Shown: in pieces, positions 20,238 to 32,600 of the stretch
Numbering within the stretch: position 1 is the stretch's first letter
Layout of the letters: each line of letters starts with the position of its first letter
Source: Strigamia acuminata
Taxonomy: Eukaryota
NCBI GenBank assembly: GCA_949358305.1
Contig: OX442314.1
Location: forward strand, 24,862,001 to 24,926,000
Direction: 5' to 3'
Length of the DNA: 64,000 nt
Translations under genes and position numbers: made by a program
Notes under the pieces: model-generated
The model's database searches: none
The model's input: only the letters and a program-made list of their open reading frames with translations
What the model was told of the DNA's origin: nothing

Positions 20238-23200
20238 TTACTTCTTTCCTACGACCTTTCCGCCTTTTATAAACGGATTATCTCTTTTTGGTCGCAGGTT
20301 ACGGATCGAGGCAGGTACGATATTTTTTGTTGTTTTTTGTGTCTGTACCTCCTCATTATTGTTTTCTTTTTTATCCGTGTTTTTTGTGTTTGTTTCAGGA
20401 GTTTCTCCTGTTTCCCCCCCGACCAAAATTGGATCCGGAACGGATTCAACTATCTCGTTTACCGGAAGTGAAGGGGCGTCGAAATACTCCTCGTTGTCAC
20501 TTGGCGGTGCTTGTTCCGACTCGCCAGCGAACGTATCGACGATTTGGCCGTCAGTTTTAGACTTGACTTGGCCCTTGGCCCACATTTCTTGCGGGAATTC
20601 CGGAATGTACGGAGTTAACTCTCGTACCTGGATCGACTTTTGCTCGGTGTTGTCCTCGAGCTTGCGTAATTTATACGCGTTACCGCCATGCTTGCCGATG
20701 ATTACATACGGACCATCTCTCTTGTCGGCCAAGCTGGCGGTGATCCCTCTCGCTGCATTTGAGAGGGTGTGTGCATCTTTCCACACCAAATCATTGATCT
20801 CGAAATTCACGAATTTTCCACCGCTTTTATCTTGTAAAATGCGGTCGCGCATGTTAAAAATGTGCGCCATCATATGCTTGTATGTGTTTGAAATTGTTTG
20901 CTCCAATTTATACACATACTCATGTGGTTTCTCTGGGTCCACCACATTTACCGACTCTGCCACTCGTGGGTCCCAAGGCACTCGTAGCTCTCGGGCGAAG
21001 TTGAGGTAGGCCGGAGAAAAATCTCTCGTCCTCGAGACTGTTGTTCGTATGCTGAACGCGATCTCCCTCAAGTATTCATCCCACCTATTGTGGATGTCAG
21101 TGAATATGCTTAGTGCATATTTAATGTCCCTGTTGAGTCGCTCAACGGGATTTGTTCTGGGATTGTAGGTCGAAGTATGTGACGCCACAATCCCGAATTT
21201 CTCACAAAACTTACCCCAAATTTTTGAGATAAATTGGGGTCCGTTATCGGATATTATTTTACGTGGAAATCCGTAACGTAACGCCACGTCGTAGATACAT
21301 TCAACGATTTTCTCTGCTGAAGGTCTAGCGACGGCGTACAACTCGGGCCAACGAGTTGCCACGTCCATTATAACGATAATGTACGCATTTTTATTTCCCG
21401 TAACGGGTTTTGGGCCCATCACATCGACACTTAAACAATCAAAAGGCGCGTAAGGCCCTAAGAAAATAGTTTCGAATGGTGATTTACTCCTCGGCTTGCA
21501 CGCTTGACATCGCTGACATTGGTGGACAAAAAGAGCAATATCTTTTTTCATCCCTGTCCAGTGAAAAAGCTGTGTAGCACGATAGAGTGTTCTGCTTACT
21601 CCCGCATGGCTCGCAAGCGGGTGCCCGTGTAACAACCACAGCACGCGACCGATTAAGGAAGCAGGTATTACTACCTTTACTGCGGTGTCCGATTCACTCA
21701 AGTCATCTTGGTGATTTGGGTGATGTTTCACTAAAAGGCCGTCATCCAATAGGTAATCTATGGATTCGTGTGCATAACGACGCTTCTGCCTTCTGGTTAA
21801 GTTGGGCGGATATTTTCCTGTCAGTACGAATCTAGCTCTGTCCTGACATTTTTTGTCTAATTTTTGTTGCACAATTATTTCCTCCCTTGTTGGGGGATTG
21901 CTTTTCATTTGCTTGCTGACACGAGCGTGGAAGGCGCTTAGAAGCGGGTCATTTATTCTCCGCTCTAGCTTAAATTCCTTCTTTGCGTTTGGGTAATTGT
22001 CAGCAGCTGGTTGGTATAACCGCGTCCAGAATCCACAGAATTTTACATCTGCCGGAGACGCGGTAGGAATTTCATTCATCTTCCTTAAATCCCAACGGTG
22101 ACAACTCGTAGGGCAATAAATGATGCGGGAGTCATCCTCGCCATCATCGTCAGCGTCGATTGGATCTGACACTGGTGCCCGTGACAGAGCGTCAGCCACG
22201 ACGTTATATTTGCCGGGCTTGTATTGAATGGTCAAGTCGCATGCCATCAGTTCTAACTGCCATCTGGCTAGTCGACCGGCTGGCTCTTTTAATTTCATCA
22301 GCCATTGTAACGCTTGATGATCTGTGTGGACCACAAATTTGGTATATTCGAGATAATCTCTGAATTTCCTTATGGCCCACACAACGGCCAAACACTCCAA
22401 CTCTGTGGCGTTGTAATTTTTTTCAGCGCTTTGGAGTTTGCGACTTATAAACATGCACGGCAGGTCTTGTTCGACTCCGTCGCGCACGTGTGTTTGAAGC
22501 AACGCGGCTCCCAACCCAACTCTGCTGGCGTCCGTATGTAATATGAACGGCCGGTTTAGGTCGGGTAGAGGCATTACGCCGACTTCCGTCAGCATCCTCT
22601 TTATCGCATTAAATGCGATGTTGCACTCATTTGACCATACAAATTCGTTTTCATTCTTCAGGAGGTCGGTAACTGGGGCTGCCACTTCAGCTAGACCCGG
22701 TAGCAACCTGCCGAAGAAGTTTATCATTCCCATAAACCGTTGGACACCTTTAACGTCCTCGGGTGGTGGGAAACGATTAATCGCATCGATTTTTTCGGGG
22801 CCAATAGCTAAACCATTGACTCCAATGCGATAACCCAGGAAGGCAAGCTCCTTTCGACAGAACTTGCTCTTGCCCGGGTGAACGTGTAACCCAGCTTTCG
22901 CCAGCCGGGTGAGCACTTGGTCGACATGCTCAATGTGCTCTTCGAATGTTTTGGAGGCAATAACTATGTCATCTAGGTATGCCCACACAAACTGATGCAG
23001 GATATCACCCAATACGCTTTCGATTAGTCTCTGAAAGGTACTGGGAGCGTTCACTAAACCAAATGGCATGACGTTGAACATCAACCGTCCAATTGGCGAG
23101 TAAAATGCTGTTTTTAGCTTATCCTCTGGCCTCATCTCAACCTGCCAGTATCCCTTTGACAGATCCATCGTCGTAACCCAAGAAAAGGGGCTGAGCTCTC

Positions 23201-24308
23201 TCAAAATGGATTCGATAGACGGCATCTGTATGGGATCTATCTCTGTCACCGCGTTTAATGGGCGGTAATCAATGCATAGGCGTGGGTCCGAGCCCGGGCG
23301 CATCACGAGCACAACTCGCGTCGCGTATTCTCCCTGGGCCTCGGAGACAATGTCACTGTCTAGCATTTCTTGGCACATTTTTTGCACTATTTCACGTTTT
23401 TGCGGGTTCATTCCCTTATACGCAACTCGTATAGGTTTATTATCCGTTAATTTAATTTCGTGAATAGCCCTATTCGTTCGGCCCGGTTTTTTCGACAGGA
23501 TCCCCTCATATTTAAGTAGGACCCTTCGTAGGGCTGCCGCTTCGTTTAATTCTAAAGCGGCGTCGGCGACAAGCGTTTCCACTACATTGTCCCGTTGCAA
23601 TTCTGTTACGAATGCTTTAAAATCGTAGTCTTGAACGAATTTCTTTAGGCCTTTGTCCCACTGTGTCTTGTCGGCCGCTTCTTTTACAAGAGCTGGTGGC
23701 ACGACAATTGCGGGTCTTTCCTTATCATTTCTGATATAATTCCAAGATTTCGTTATTGGATTTGGTTGTATTTCCATTGACGCCATGAGGTCTAAGCCCA
23801 ACAGAAAAATTCTGTCGCATGTGGGCAGGACCAGGAAAGGGTGCTGTTCTACCCCTCCGAGCCACTCCATGGTCAATAATATAACTCCTTTTGGACGCGC
23901 CATTCCGTTGGCGGTTTTTAGACGTATATTTTTATTAACGCCTTTTATCTTATCGGTGAGACCCAATGATGCTACTATGTCTTCGGAAACGAACGAGCGA
24001 TCTGCTCCCGAGTCTAGCAGTCCCATAATTTTTTCACGTTCTATTGTCATGGGCAACATGCATAGGCGGTTGGTGTATTCGACCGCCACGTTGCACATGA
24101 AAACACGAAATTCTTCTGTGTCTTCGACTACTTGAGGTAATTCTTCAAGCAGTAGGTTCGGTTCTTCCGCCTCAGCCTCAGCGTTTGCGCTAATTACCTG
24201 CAAAGCGTTGTTGGCCCTGTCTTGAATTTGGGCGTTAGCTATGTCACTACCCATTTCTTTGACTGGTGGCGGCTTATCGAACCCTTTGTTAAACCCCTTC
24301 TTCTTCAT
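20238..24308 (-). CDS. pol: Gypsy Pol (protease, RT, RNase H, integrase)
   Basis: LLDSGA, YLDD, HTDAS, H..H..C..C, DDE and GPY motifs. Confidence 0.97.
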   Translation of the reverse strand: MKKKGFNKGFDKPPPVKEMGSDIANAQIQDRANNALQVISANAEAEAEEPNLLLEELPQVVEDTEEFRVFMCNVAVEYTNRLCMLPMTIEREKIMGLLDSGADRSFVSEDIVASLGLTDKIKGVNKNIRLKTANGMARPKGVILLTMEWLGGVEQHPFLVLPTCDRIFLLGLDLMASMEIQPNPITKSWNYIRNDKERPAIVVPPALVKEAADKTQWDKGLKKFVQDYDFKAFVTELQRDNVVETLVADAALELNEAAALRRVLLKYEGILSKKPGRTNRAIHEIKLTDNKPIRVAYKGMNPQKREIVQKMCQEMLDSDIVSEAQGEYATRVVLVMRPGSDPRLCIDYRPLNAVTEIDPIQMPSIESILRELSPFSWVTTMDLSKGYWQVEMRPEDKLKTAFYSPIGRLMFNVMPFGLVNAPSTFQRLIESVLGDILHQFVWAYLDDIVIASKTFEEHIEHVDQVLTRLAKAGLHVHPGKSKFCRKELAFLGYRIGVNGLAIGPEKIDAINRFPPPEDVKGVQRFMGMINFFGRLLPGLAEVAAPVTDLLKNENEFVWSNECNIAFNAIKRMLTEVGVMPLPDLNRPFILHTDASRVGLGAALLQTHVRDGVEQDLPCMFISRKLQSAEKNYNATELECLAVVWAIRKFRDYLEYTKFVVHTDHQALQWLMKLKEPAGRLARWQLELMACDLTIQYKPGKYNVVADALSRAPVSDPIDADDDGEDDSRIIYCPTSCHRWDLRKMNEIPTASPADVKFCGFWTRLYQPAADNYPNAKKEFKLERRINDPLLSAFHARVSKQMKSNPPTREEIIVQQKLDKKCQDRARFVLTGKYPPNLTRRQKRRYAHESIDYLLDDGLLVKHHPNHQDDLSESDTAVKVVIPASLIGRVLWLLHGHPLASHAGVSRTLYRATQLFHWTGMKKDIALFVHQCQRCQACKPRSKSPFETIFLGPYAPFDCLSVDVMGPKPVTGNKNAYIIVIMDVATRWPELYAVARPSAEKIVECIYDVALRYGFPRKIISDNGPQFISKIWGKFCEKFGIVASHTSTYNPRTNPVERLNRDIKYALSIFTDIHNRWDEYLREIAFSIRTTVSRTRDFSPAYLNFARELRVPWDPRVAESVNVVDPEKPHEYVYKLEQTISNTYKHMMAHIFNMRDRILQDKSGGKFVNFEINDLVWKDAHTLSNAARGITASLADKRDGPYVIIGKHGGNAYKLRKLEDNTEQKSIQVRELTPYIPEFPQEMWAKGQVKSKTDGQIVDTFAGESEQAPPSDNEEYFDAPSLPVNEIVESVPDPILVGGETGETPETNTKNTDKKENNNEEVQTQKTTKNIVPASIRNLRPKRDNPFIKGGKVVGKK

Positions 24309-24331
24309 GAATGGCGCAGACGGTCGAGAAG

Positions 24332-27300
24332 TTATTTCTTCGCCGCCTGCGCTGACTCGTTTTTTGACTCGTTTTTTGCCATGGCGAGTTTAATCTCTGC
24401 CATCTGCTTCATTATTGCGTCAAATTTAGCGTCTTCTTTCGCTGTTCTTGGGCACTCATTGGAATAGTGACCCGGTTGGTTACACTTGAAACAACGAATA
24501 TTTGATTTGTCTCTTGGGGCTTCAGTCGATTTTTTCTTTTCAGGGTCTGCTTTCGACGGTGGCGTGTAATTTTTCCGAAAATACTTCGGAATTCGGCCGG
24601 CATTTGGTTTTAACCTGGCGCGAAATTCTTCTACCGCTCTATCTCGATGGATGAGATGTACTAGCGGTCCTTCCTCATCGCAACCCGTTGATAAGGTATC
24701 GCGATAGTTTCGTATTTCTTCGTCCGTCGAATAATCGTCTTTTTCTTCTTTTTCGTCTGATTTTCCGGCATCTTGTCCGGCTTCCTCCCCCTCCTTGACC
24801 TCCTCCAGTGTCGCTTGCATGGCTGACGCTGTCGGTGCCTTTTTAGGGGCGGCCAAAGGGTTGGAAGGCAGCGTGGATGTCAGTTTATTTTTTATTTGTA
24901 AACCAACGCTAGCTTCTGCCAGCTCCATTATACCGCTAAGATATTCAGTAGGGCGCATAATTTTATCTGTCGCCCCATATCTTTCCGCACTCAACTTGAG
25001 ACGTTTAGCGGTTGCTGCTTTCTCCGCTTCTGGTAAAGCGGAATAATATCTCTTCTCGATATCTATCGTGTTCTCAAACAGGAAGGCGCTCATCTCCTCG
25101 TAGCTGCCTCCTGTCGGTGCCCTTTCTTCAAGTAGCACCCGTTGCGAGTACTCCGACAAACCGCCGAGAAAGAAAAGGTTGAATCCCGTGGCATGAAATT
25201 CCATCGGGGCCTTTTCGAACAACAATCTGGCGCGAATGTCGTAATCCATTATGGTTTCACCAGGCATCTGGCGAAGACCTCGCATCTTTCGGCTCACCTC
25301 TTCGGGTGTCTCGCCGTAGCGTAGGTCGAATCTCATTAAAAAGTCGTCCCAATTGACGCCTTTCAATCCTTGGTACCACTCACGTGCCGAGCCTGTCATT
25401 AGCTCGACAATACCGTGGGTGAGCATGTCTCCTACGGTGGCTTTAGTGGCAGTCTTAATTCGAATTACTTCGTCAAGGAAGCGATCTCCCGCTTTCCATG
25501 ACCCGTCGAAACGGTTCTGAATATAAAATTGCCACCTAATATTCCCGGTAACACTCATGGTGTCACGTCGGGAGACAGCGTATTTTTTCTTTACGCGGTC
25601 ACCAGTGCTACGATTACGATCGTTTCGTTTGCTCAGATCGATTCCCTCGGCTTTTAACGAGCCAAGTAGTGCTCTTCCAAGCTCTCCCATCGTATACTGC
25701 CGACCCGTCGAATCGGTAAACGCGCTTTGTCGGGGAGGGTCCTGAAACTCCTCCCGTCGGTGGTCGCTATTTTCCGATCGACGTCGTTTCTCTCTATCGC
25801 GCGGAGAGTTGGATCTCTTCCGGCGATTACTTGATTTATCCTTTCGTCTGTCGTCGTTGGATGAGGGGTCGGAGCTGGGGTCGGGAGACGGTGAGCGGCG
25901 TGGCGGGTTGCGCCGTGAAGAGTTTGACTCTTTCCGGCCCCTACGACGGTCGTCACGTTCCCTTTCCCTGCGTTCATCGCGTTCTCTTTCCCTTCGTCTT
26001 TCTCCAGAACCTCTCTCCGAATCGTGATGACTGGGTGCGTTTGACTCCAGTCCATCTGACGACGAATCACTATTTCCGTAGCGATAATATTTCGGTCTTT
26101 CATCGCGTTTGCCTTCTTCTCGCGAAGAGGTGCGATCATGCGATTGTCTCCTTGACGACTCGTCGTCTTTAAGGATGGGCACTGGTTGTTGCCACTCAGT
26201 CCCTTGCGGATCATCATGCTGTTGGCTTGTGAGAGCTTGCTCTTCATTTCGTCTAGCATTATTAGCGTTGATTAACCGCGTTATCGCATTATTTGTGGCT
26301 GAATCGAGAGCTTGCATGCGGGGCCGAGTTTGTTGTTCTCTGGCCGACGCATCTCTCTTGCGCGGAGTAGCTGGTGTTGCCCTCTCCGGCTGGGGTTTGG
26401 GTTTGGCCTTCGGCGTGCGCTTTGGGTCTCCCTCTAGGCTCTCGTCGGACAGCTCGGATGAACTGATCTCTGGTTTGCGAACGGATTTTGGGTCATCTCG
26501 TCGCAATCTGGCCATAAATGCTCGCTCTGCTTCTTGTTGCGAGTGGAAAGCATATCGATGTGCTCTCAGGGCTCGGTCAACTATTTCTACCTCCTCGGGA
26601 GTAGTCGGATTGGGCTGGGTTCTGCCGTACTCGAGAGCTTGCGCTTCTCTTTCCGCCAGCTTCCTCCGTCTCTCGCGAATGGCTTGTCGAGCCTCGTTCT
26701 CTGCATCCGCTTCAAATTGAGCGGAATCAACCAATTGTTGAGCGTGTGCACCTTCAACAATGGTGATTTGTGGGGATACACTGTGCGCTTTTAAAGCTGC
26801 ACGTACGATTTGTAACGTTTCGTACACGGTAATCTTCCCCGTCGGAAGGGTGTATCTCACTCCCTCCGCTTGTGCCAACTGCATCGCATCAATCAAGGTG
26901 CCCGAGACGCTGTAAGGCTGGCTCGAAACACGCTTGACAGAGGACGAGTTGGACTTGTGCCCTTCAGACACTACCGAGGCTGGTCGACTGTGCGTAATTG
27001 GCGTGTCTAGTGCCGAATTAGCGGTCGTATTTGAGGCCGTCTTTTGTATCGGAGACGCTGCTTTCGGACTGCCCACCTCGGTGTCGTGCGTTAGACGAGG
27101 CGATTGGTTACGGGATAAAACCTCGTTTCCGCTCGTCTCGTCGTCACGGTTAGAACGCGGCAGTTTGGAGTGAGATTGCTCTTCACCCCGCTCTGTCTCG
27201 TCCAATCGCTGCCTCGTCTCGGTGCGAGACGGGTGCGATGCCTCTGATGCGCTTCTACGATCGGGTTTAGGCTTACGCCGTTTTTGCCTCGCTTCGTGCG

Positions 27301-27415
27301 CTGAGGCTTTGGGTAAGGGACCTCCAGATCGCAAGTGATAGTCGGCGCCTTTACGACTGCCGGCTCTCTTGTTTGCGTCGGAGTCGGAATCTGTTACTCG
27401 GGTATTATCTGCCAT
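24332..27415 (-). CDS. gag: Large Gypsy Gag (~1027 aa) with long low-complexity R/S/E-rich N-terminus and a CCHC knuckle
   Basis: GSAREWY...WDDFLMRFDLRY gag motif; CFKCNQPGHYSNEC; first ATG at 27415. Confidence 0.92.
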   Translation of the reverse strand: MADNTRVTDSDSDANKRAGSRKGADYHLRSGGPLPKASAHEARQKRRKPKPDRRSASEASHPSRTETRQRLDETERGEEQSHSKLPRSNRDDETSGNEVLSRNQSPRLTHDTEVGSPKAASPIQKTASNTTANSALDTPITHSRPASVVSEGHKSNSSSVKRVSSQPYSVSGTLIDAMQLAQAEGVRYTLPTGKITVYETLQIVRAALKAHSVSPQITIVEGAHAQQLVDSAQFEADAENEARQAIRERRRKLAEREAQALEYGRTQPNPTTPEEVEIVDRALRAHRYAFHSQQEAERAFMARLRRDDPKSVRKPEISSSELSDESLEGDPKRTPKAKPKPQPERATPATPRKRDASAREQQTRPRMQALDSATNNAITRLINANNARRNEEQALTSQQHDDPQGTEWQQPVPILKDDESSRRQSHDRTSSREEGKRDERPKYYRYGNSDSSSDGLESNAPSHHDSERGSGERRRERERDERRERERDDRRRGRKESNSSRRNPPRRSPSPDPSSDPSSNDDRRKDKSSNRRKRSNSPRDREKRRRSENSDHRREEFQDPPRQSAFTDSTGRQYTMGELGRALLGSLKAEGIDLSKRNDRNRSTGDRVKKKYAVSRRDTMSVTGNIRWQFYIQNRFDGSWKAGDRFLDEVIRIKTATKATVGDMLTHGIVELMTGSAREWYQGLKGVNWDDFLMRFDLRYGETPEEVSRKMRGLRQMPGETIMDYDIRARLLFEKAPMEFHATGFNLFFLGGLSEYSQRVLLEERAPTGGSYEEMSAFLFENTIDIEKRYYSALPEAEKAATAKRLKLSAERYGATDKIMRPTEYLSGIMELAEASVGLQIKNKLTSTLPSNPLAAPKKAPTASAMQATLEEVKEGEEAGQDAGKSDEKEEKDDYSTDEEIRNYRDTLSTGCDEEGPLVHLIHRDRAVEEFRARLKPNAGRIPKYFRKNYTPPSKADPEKKKSTEAPRDKSNIRCFKCNQPGHYSNECPRTAKEDAKFDAIMKQMAEIKLAMAKNESKNESAQAAKK
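24359..24377 (-). promoter_or_regulatory. Two tandem A AAA AAC -1 frameshift heptamers
   Basis: GCA AAA AAC GAG TCA AAA AAC in the gag frame; the -1 frame is open into pol. Confidence 0.75.
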
Positions 27416-27467
27416 TTCTTGCTTTGGGTATGATGTAATCACAGGTTAGAATCAGTTATTCAACTTG

Positions 27468-27485
27468 ATCCCGGACAGGCCCCCA
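27468..27485 (-). promoter_or_regulatory. Primer binding site (tRNA-Pro-like)
   Basis: TGGGGGCCTGTCCGGGAT versus tRNA-Pro complement TGGGGGCTCGTCCGGGAT. Confidence 0.8.
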
Positions 27486-27487
27486 CG

Positions 27488-28505
27488 TGTCGCGCTCAAC
27501 TCTAACCGTCGCTAACTCGTGGGTTGATTACTTAATTCGACTAACTCACTACCGCTTTACTCAAGCGGTTTACCCAAAGAAATGATTACACAGATATAAA
27601 AGGTAAAATATAATATAGATTTATTCTGCGGGGCAATATACAGATATATCTTATATATATATATATAAAGGGTAAGTAAAAGGTAAATCGGAATGGGTGA
27701 TGGGAAATGGAAAGGCAAAGGTAAGATGAAAGCTGGCTGGAATCGGCGAGGTCGTCTGTTGTCTTGTGCGTGTCCAAGATGGCGTCCTCGTTGTGGCAAC
27801 GTGATGTCGTCTTGGGCCGGCGTGGCAATATGGCGTCCTCGGCTCGTCTCTGGCTGGTCCTTCGGGCTCACGCTGGTCGGGCGCGAGTGAATGCTTAGTT
27901 AAAAGACTTACTTCGGGCTGTTGTCTAGGTTTTTGTGTGGTGTCCGGCGATCACACAGCGGCGGACTCTTCTGGTTCCCGGCGGTCACACAGCGGCGGGA
28001 ACGCTCGTCGTGGTTTTACTGCAGTTTAGGCTTGTGCGACCGTTTGTCTGCACAACTCGCTAAACTGGAGTGGTTTTTACTATTTCTAGCTGGTGTGCTA
28101 AAATAGTGTGGTAATCTTATCTCGCAGGTTACTCTGCGGAGTTTGACACTGACCAAACGTACTCACGGTAAATTGTCCTTTGTCCTCGGTCAATCCCAGT
28201 ATTTTTACTTGGGCCTGATCTTGTAGGACGACGGATTTTACGTGTGTTTCTCGTTTGATGGTTGTGTTGGTTCTGCCCGCTCAGTGCAAGGCACATTCCT
28301 TTGCACAAAGCGGGGTTGACAGGTGACCAGAATCACCCAATGGTGGGGTGGACGAACCATCCCCACTCCCTCAGGGCAGACGCCTGTCCATTGACTAGAT
28401 GTCAATGCACTGAGGGAAGGGAGACGCGCTTGCGGCTCCCCTTACACCCGAAACGAGGTCACGAGAGAAACTCTTCGTTGACCCCGGTCCAGTCGGGTCA
28501 CAACA
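27488..28505 (-). repeat. 5' LTR of Gypsy element 2
   Basis: Direct repeat of 15002-16019. Confidence 0.95.
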
Positions 28506-29699
28506 CATATTGCTTGACACCAACACTGGCAAAACAGTACAAAACAGCAATGGAATTGGATGTCAATATTCAAAGCTTAATTATGGCCAAAAAAGTATCA
28601 AACTTAAGTTCTCAGATTTAATATATGTGACAATTTCTGCATAAATTTCTGAAAAAATCGAATAACCTACATTCAAACATTGTAGTATCATTAACCTTAT
28701 GGCGCGCATGCGGATTTCTCGGAGTGCGAAAGGGACCCTATTTTTAACATTACGGCGGCCTATACCTTGACCCCCTGTTCGCAGTCTCATGGCTGATTTT
28801 GCGGATTTCACTTATTTGTATATTCCGCACGATCGCGCGCGTTTTATCAACCTTGGGAAAGCCGCTTTCTCAAATTTGCAAATTCCACATTGTGTGAACA
28901 TGCTACAACGCTTCTGTGCGCGTCAATAAAAAAAAAAACCGATTAGAAATGAAATTCAGGGTTTTGTTAAAATAAAAATTATACAATATAATCAGTCTAT
29001 AATGCTTCTATAATGCTGTTGGTTTAATCAGCACATTGTAATTGTGTGAAAACACGCGCGCTCGCAATAATACATTACCCAATGTACTTGCACTGGCATG
29101 GACCCATCAGTGCGCACTTTCCCGTGCGTGCTGCTTGCACTATTTACATCAATTGTTGCTCCACAGGTTGCGCGACCTGCCGGGCAGTTAAGACGTACTA
29201 GAATAACCTCAGGATTTGATAAAACCTGATTTTTGGATGACACTAAGTAAATGGCAGTGAATGTGAGATGTGAGATACACGATGAATTTAATAAAATTTA
29301 TATTTCCTAATCATGGGATTGGTTTCACGTTTCATAATCCAACAATTAAGTAGAATATCATTATTGCAATTGATTAAAACAAATTTTTTTTACAAATTCT
29401 TTGGTTTTACATTTTAAATTTATTTTCCAATAGTTGGCACCATCGCAATTGCTGCGAGTTTAAAACACTGCATTCAGCAGAATTTACTGCACTTTCAAAT
29501 CAAGGCCAGGCATACCTACTGCAAAGTAATGTATAAACCATAAAGAAGCCTTTGATTCGGAATTGCCTGTAGGTAATTCTGCGCTGGTCTCCAATGGAAA
29601 TGTCCGCGCCGGTCTTCCGTGCACGGGAAGTCCACAGAAAGTCCGTGCATTCCGTGCGCTGGGAGTCCGTGCGTCGTACCGCGTGATCTTGCATTGTTT

Positions 29700-32600
29700 T
29701 TTGTGGGCTTTTCCTGATTAGGATTACTTCCTTTTTAACTCTTGAAGAATTAAGTTTGTTTTTTTTGCTCCAAAACGTCCCAAAACGCCTGAAAATCGCG
29801 CAACTCGAGGCAAAACATTACAGTGTGTATTCAAATCAAAACTAGCTACAAATACATGCTGAAATTAGCTAAATTTTCAAATTTTTTGGCTTTCAAGAAG
29901 TAATGGAAACATTTGACATAACGTGGATCAGTTGCATTCAAAAACTAAAATATTTTGTGTTTTACTTCAATTTTAAACTAAAAATGATGTCATTTCCTGT
30001 TTAAACCCCTGTTAAAGCTTGAAATACATTTTAACTAAAAGAAATAAGTTTGTTTTTTTCTTCGGCAGTGACGTGTACACACGAGCACGCCTGAGAACGC
30101 CAAAAAATGCTAAAAAACGCTCAAAAACGCCTGAAAATCGCGCAACTCGAGGCAAAACATTAATTTTTCATCTTTATTTCAACTTTTGTGACGTTTAAAA
30201 TTGTGTTCTCATGTTTTTTGCCTCAAGTTGCATTGTCATCTGGCGTTTTGGAGTGTTTTTATGTGTTCGCAGGCGTTCGCAGGCGTTTTTTGGCGTTGTC
30301 ACTCACTCAAGTGGCCATTTTTAGCATTTTCCGTAGTAAAAATGGCCGTTTTTCGTCAAAATGGCCATTTTTAGCCATTTTTCAGAGTAAAAATGTTTTT
30401 TTTTCACCGTTTTTATAGTAAAATGGCCATTTTTAGTCGTTTTTTTAATCAAAAATGGCCGTTTTTATCGTTGAAACGTTATTAAAATGTAACGTTTCAA
30501 TGGCGTTTTGATCTCGCCTCATTTCCGGTTTTGAAAATTAATAAACGCCCCGGCGTTTATTCGAGGCAATACCCAACTTGGGCTTTTATTCGCGTCGCAC
30601 CGCATCATCATCTCACCTTGCCTCCCGTCTTGAAAATTTATAAACGCCCCGGCGTTTATTCAAGGCAAACCATTGTTTATGTAAGTTTTTCCTGATTAGG
30701 GTTACTTCCTTTAGAAGAAACACGTTTATTTCTTCTCGCTTAATCTTGAGTCGTGATCTCGCCTCGTTTCTGGTCTTAAAAATTAATAAACACCCCGGCT
30801 TTTATTCAAGGCAATACGGTACGTTTATGAAACCCAACTTGGGCTTTCATTTTAAAAAAAGCGCGTGTTCTTACGTCGAACTAAGAGATACAGGTGAATT
30901 AGCAACGCCTAATTTGATTTAATAAATAAAGCAAACAACATCTCGCCTCACTTCTGGCGTTTGTTCGAGGCAAGCCATTGTTTTTGCATTTTTTTTCCTG
31001 ATTAGGGTTACTTCCTTTTTAACTCTTGAAGAAATAAGTATGTTTTTTTTACTCGGCAGTGACGTGTACGCGCGAGTACGCCTGAGAACGCCAAAAAATA
31101 CTCCAAAACGCCTGAAAATCGTGCAACTCGAGGCAAAACATTAATTGTTTATTTTTGTTTCAACTTTTGTAACGTTTACAATTGTGTTCTCATGTTTTTT
31201 GCCTCAAGTTGCATTGTCATTTTGCGTTTTGGGGCGTTTTTAGGCATTTTTAGGCATTTGCGGGCGTTCTTGGGCGTTTTTTGGCGTTGTCATTCAATCA
31301 AATGGCCATTTTTAGCCATTTTTAGCCATTTTTCATAGAAAAATGGTTATTTTTAGCCGTTTTTCATCCAAAATGGCCGTTTTTCATCCAAAAGGGCCGT
31401 TTTTCATCCAAAATGGAATAATTGTTGTGTCCGGATTTTATGTCATTTATTGTCTTAATTAAAGTTAACAAAGTGTCTTTAATTTTTGCTTTTCTTGAAT
31501 TTCAGCTTTTTAGATATTTTTACATATTAAACTTTCATTTTTTGTGATTTATTAAAAGTTACAGTGTTTTCATGAATTTTAGTGTCTATGATATTGATAT
31601 TATCTTTATTCATTGCTATTTAAAGTTTTATTACTTCTCTGTGTCTTATTTCTTTAATTCTTGCTCATTTTGTGTGATTTTGGATGATTTTTAGTGCATT
31701 CGTCGATTTACAGATCACTTGCGTAAGACGCGTGACGTCATATTTCTTAATCTAGTTCGGTTGTGTTCAAACTTCTAACCTTTTGTTTGGACCTTATTCT
31801 TGTGTTATGGATAGGTTTTAGAATTGATTTAGACTAATTTGGGGGTGATCTGTCGATTGGTTTGCTTTATTTTTGTCCCGGAACGGTCGTTTTGTCGTTT
31901 CGAGCGTTCGTTGTCGGTACGCACTTGTGCGCTGCTGACCGAGTTCATTCCGTTCGGCAAACGATTATTTTCAAGTGTTCTTTTAATAAATAGTGCTTTT
32001 GTTGTAGGAAATTACATTTCCTAATGTTATTTTATTCAATACAGTGTGTATTCTTGATTTTATTCTTGTGTTGAAATTCAAATGTCGTGTTTTGCCGCTC
32101 TAGCGGATTTGAAGTGGGCGCCATGTTGGATTTCCCCGCTAATTTCTTTATTTATCCATTTCATTTGTCTTTTTGAAAATGAATAAACGCCCCGGCGTTT
32201 ATGCGAGGCAAGCCATAGTTTTTGTAGGTTCTTTCCTGATTAGGGTTACTTGTGACGTGCACGCGCGAGCTCGCCCGAGGACGCCAAAAAAAGCTCAAAA
32301 ACGCCCCAAAACGCCTGAAAATCGCGCAACTCGAAGCAAAAAATTACAGTTTGAATTCAAATCAAAACTAACCACAAATACATGCTACAATTAGGTAAAT
32401 TTTCAAATTTTTTATCAATAAATGATGACTTTCAAGAAGTATGACAACATTTGACAAAATTTAGACCAGTTGCATTTAAAAACTAAAATATTTTGTGTTT
32501 TACTTCAATTTTAAACCAAAAATGACGTCATTTTTTGTTTAAACCGGCGTTTATTTGAGGCAAACACGCCGCTGAGAACGCCAAAAAATGCTCAAAAACA

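Larger units (their letters stand above)
15002..28505 (-). mobile_element. Full-length Ty3/Gypsy LTR retrotransposon 2 (13.5 kb) with an accessory ORF region
   Basis: 1018 bp TG...CA LTRs at 15002-16019 and 27488-28505 (1 difference seen); CATA TSD; tRNA-Pro-like PBS; PPT GGAGGGGGAAG at 16020-16030. Confidence 0.97.
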
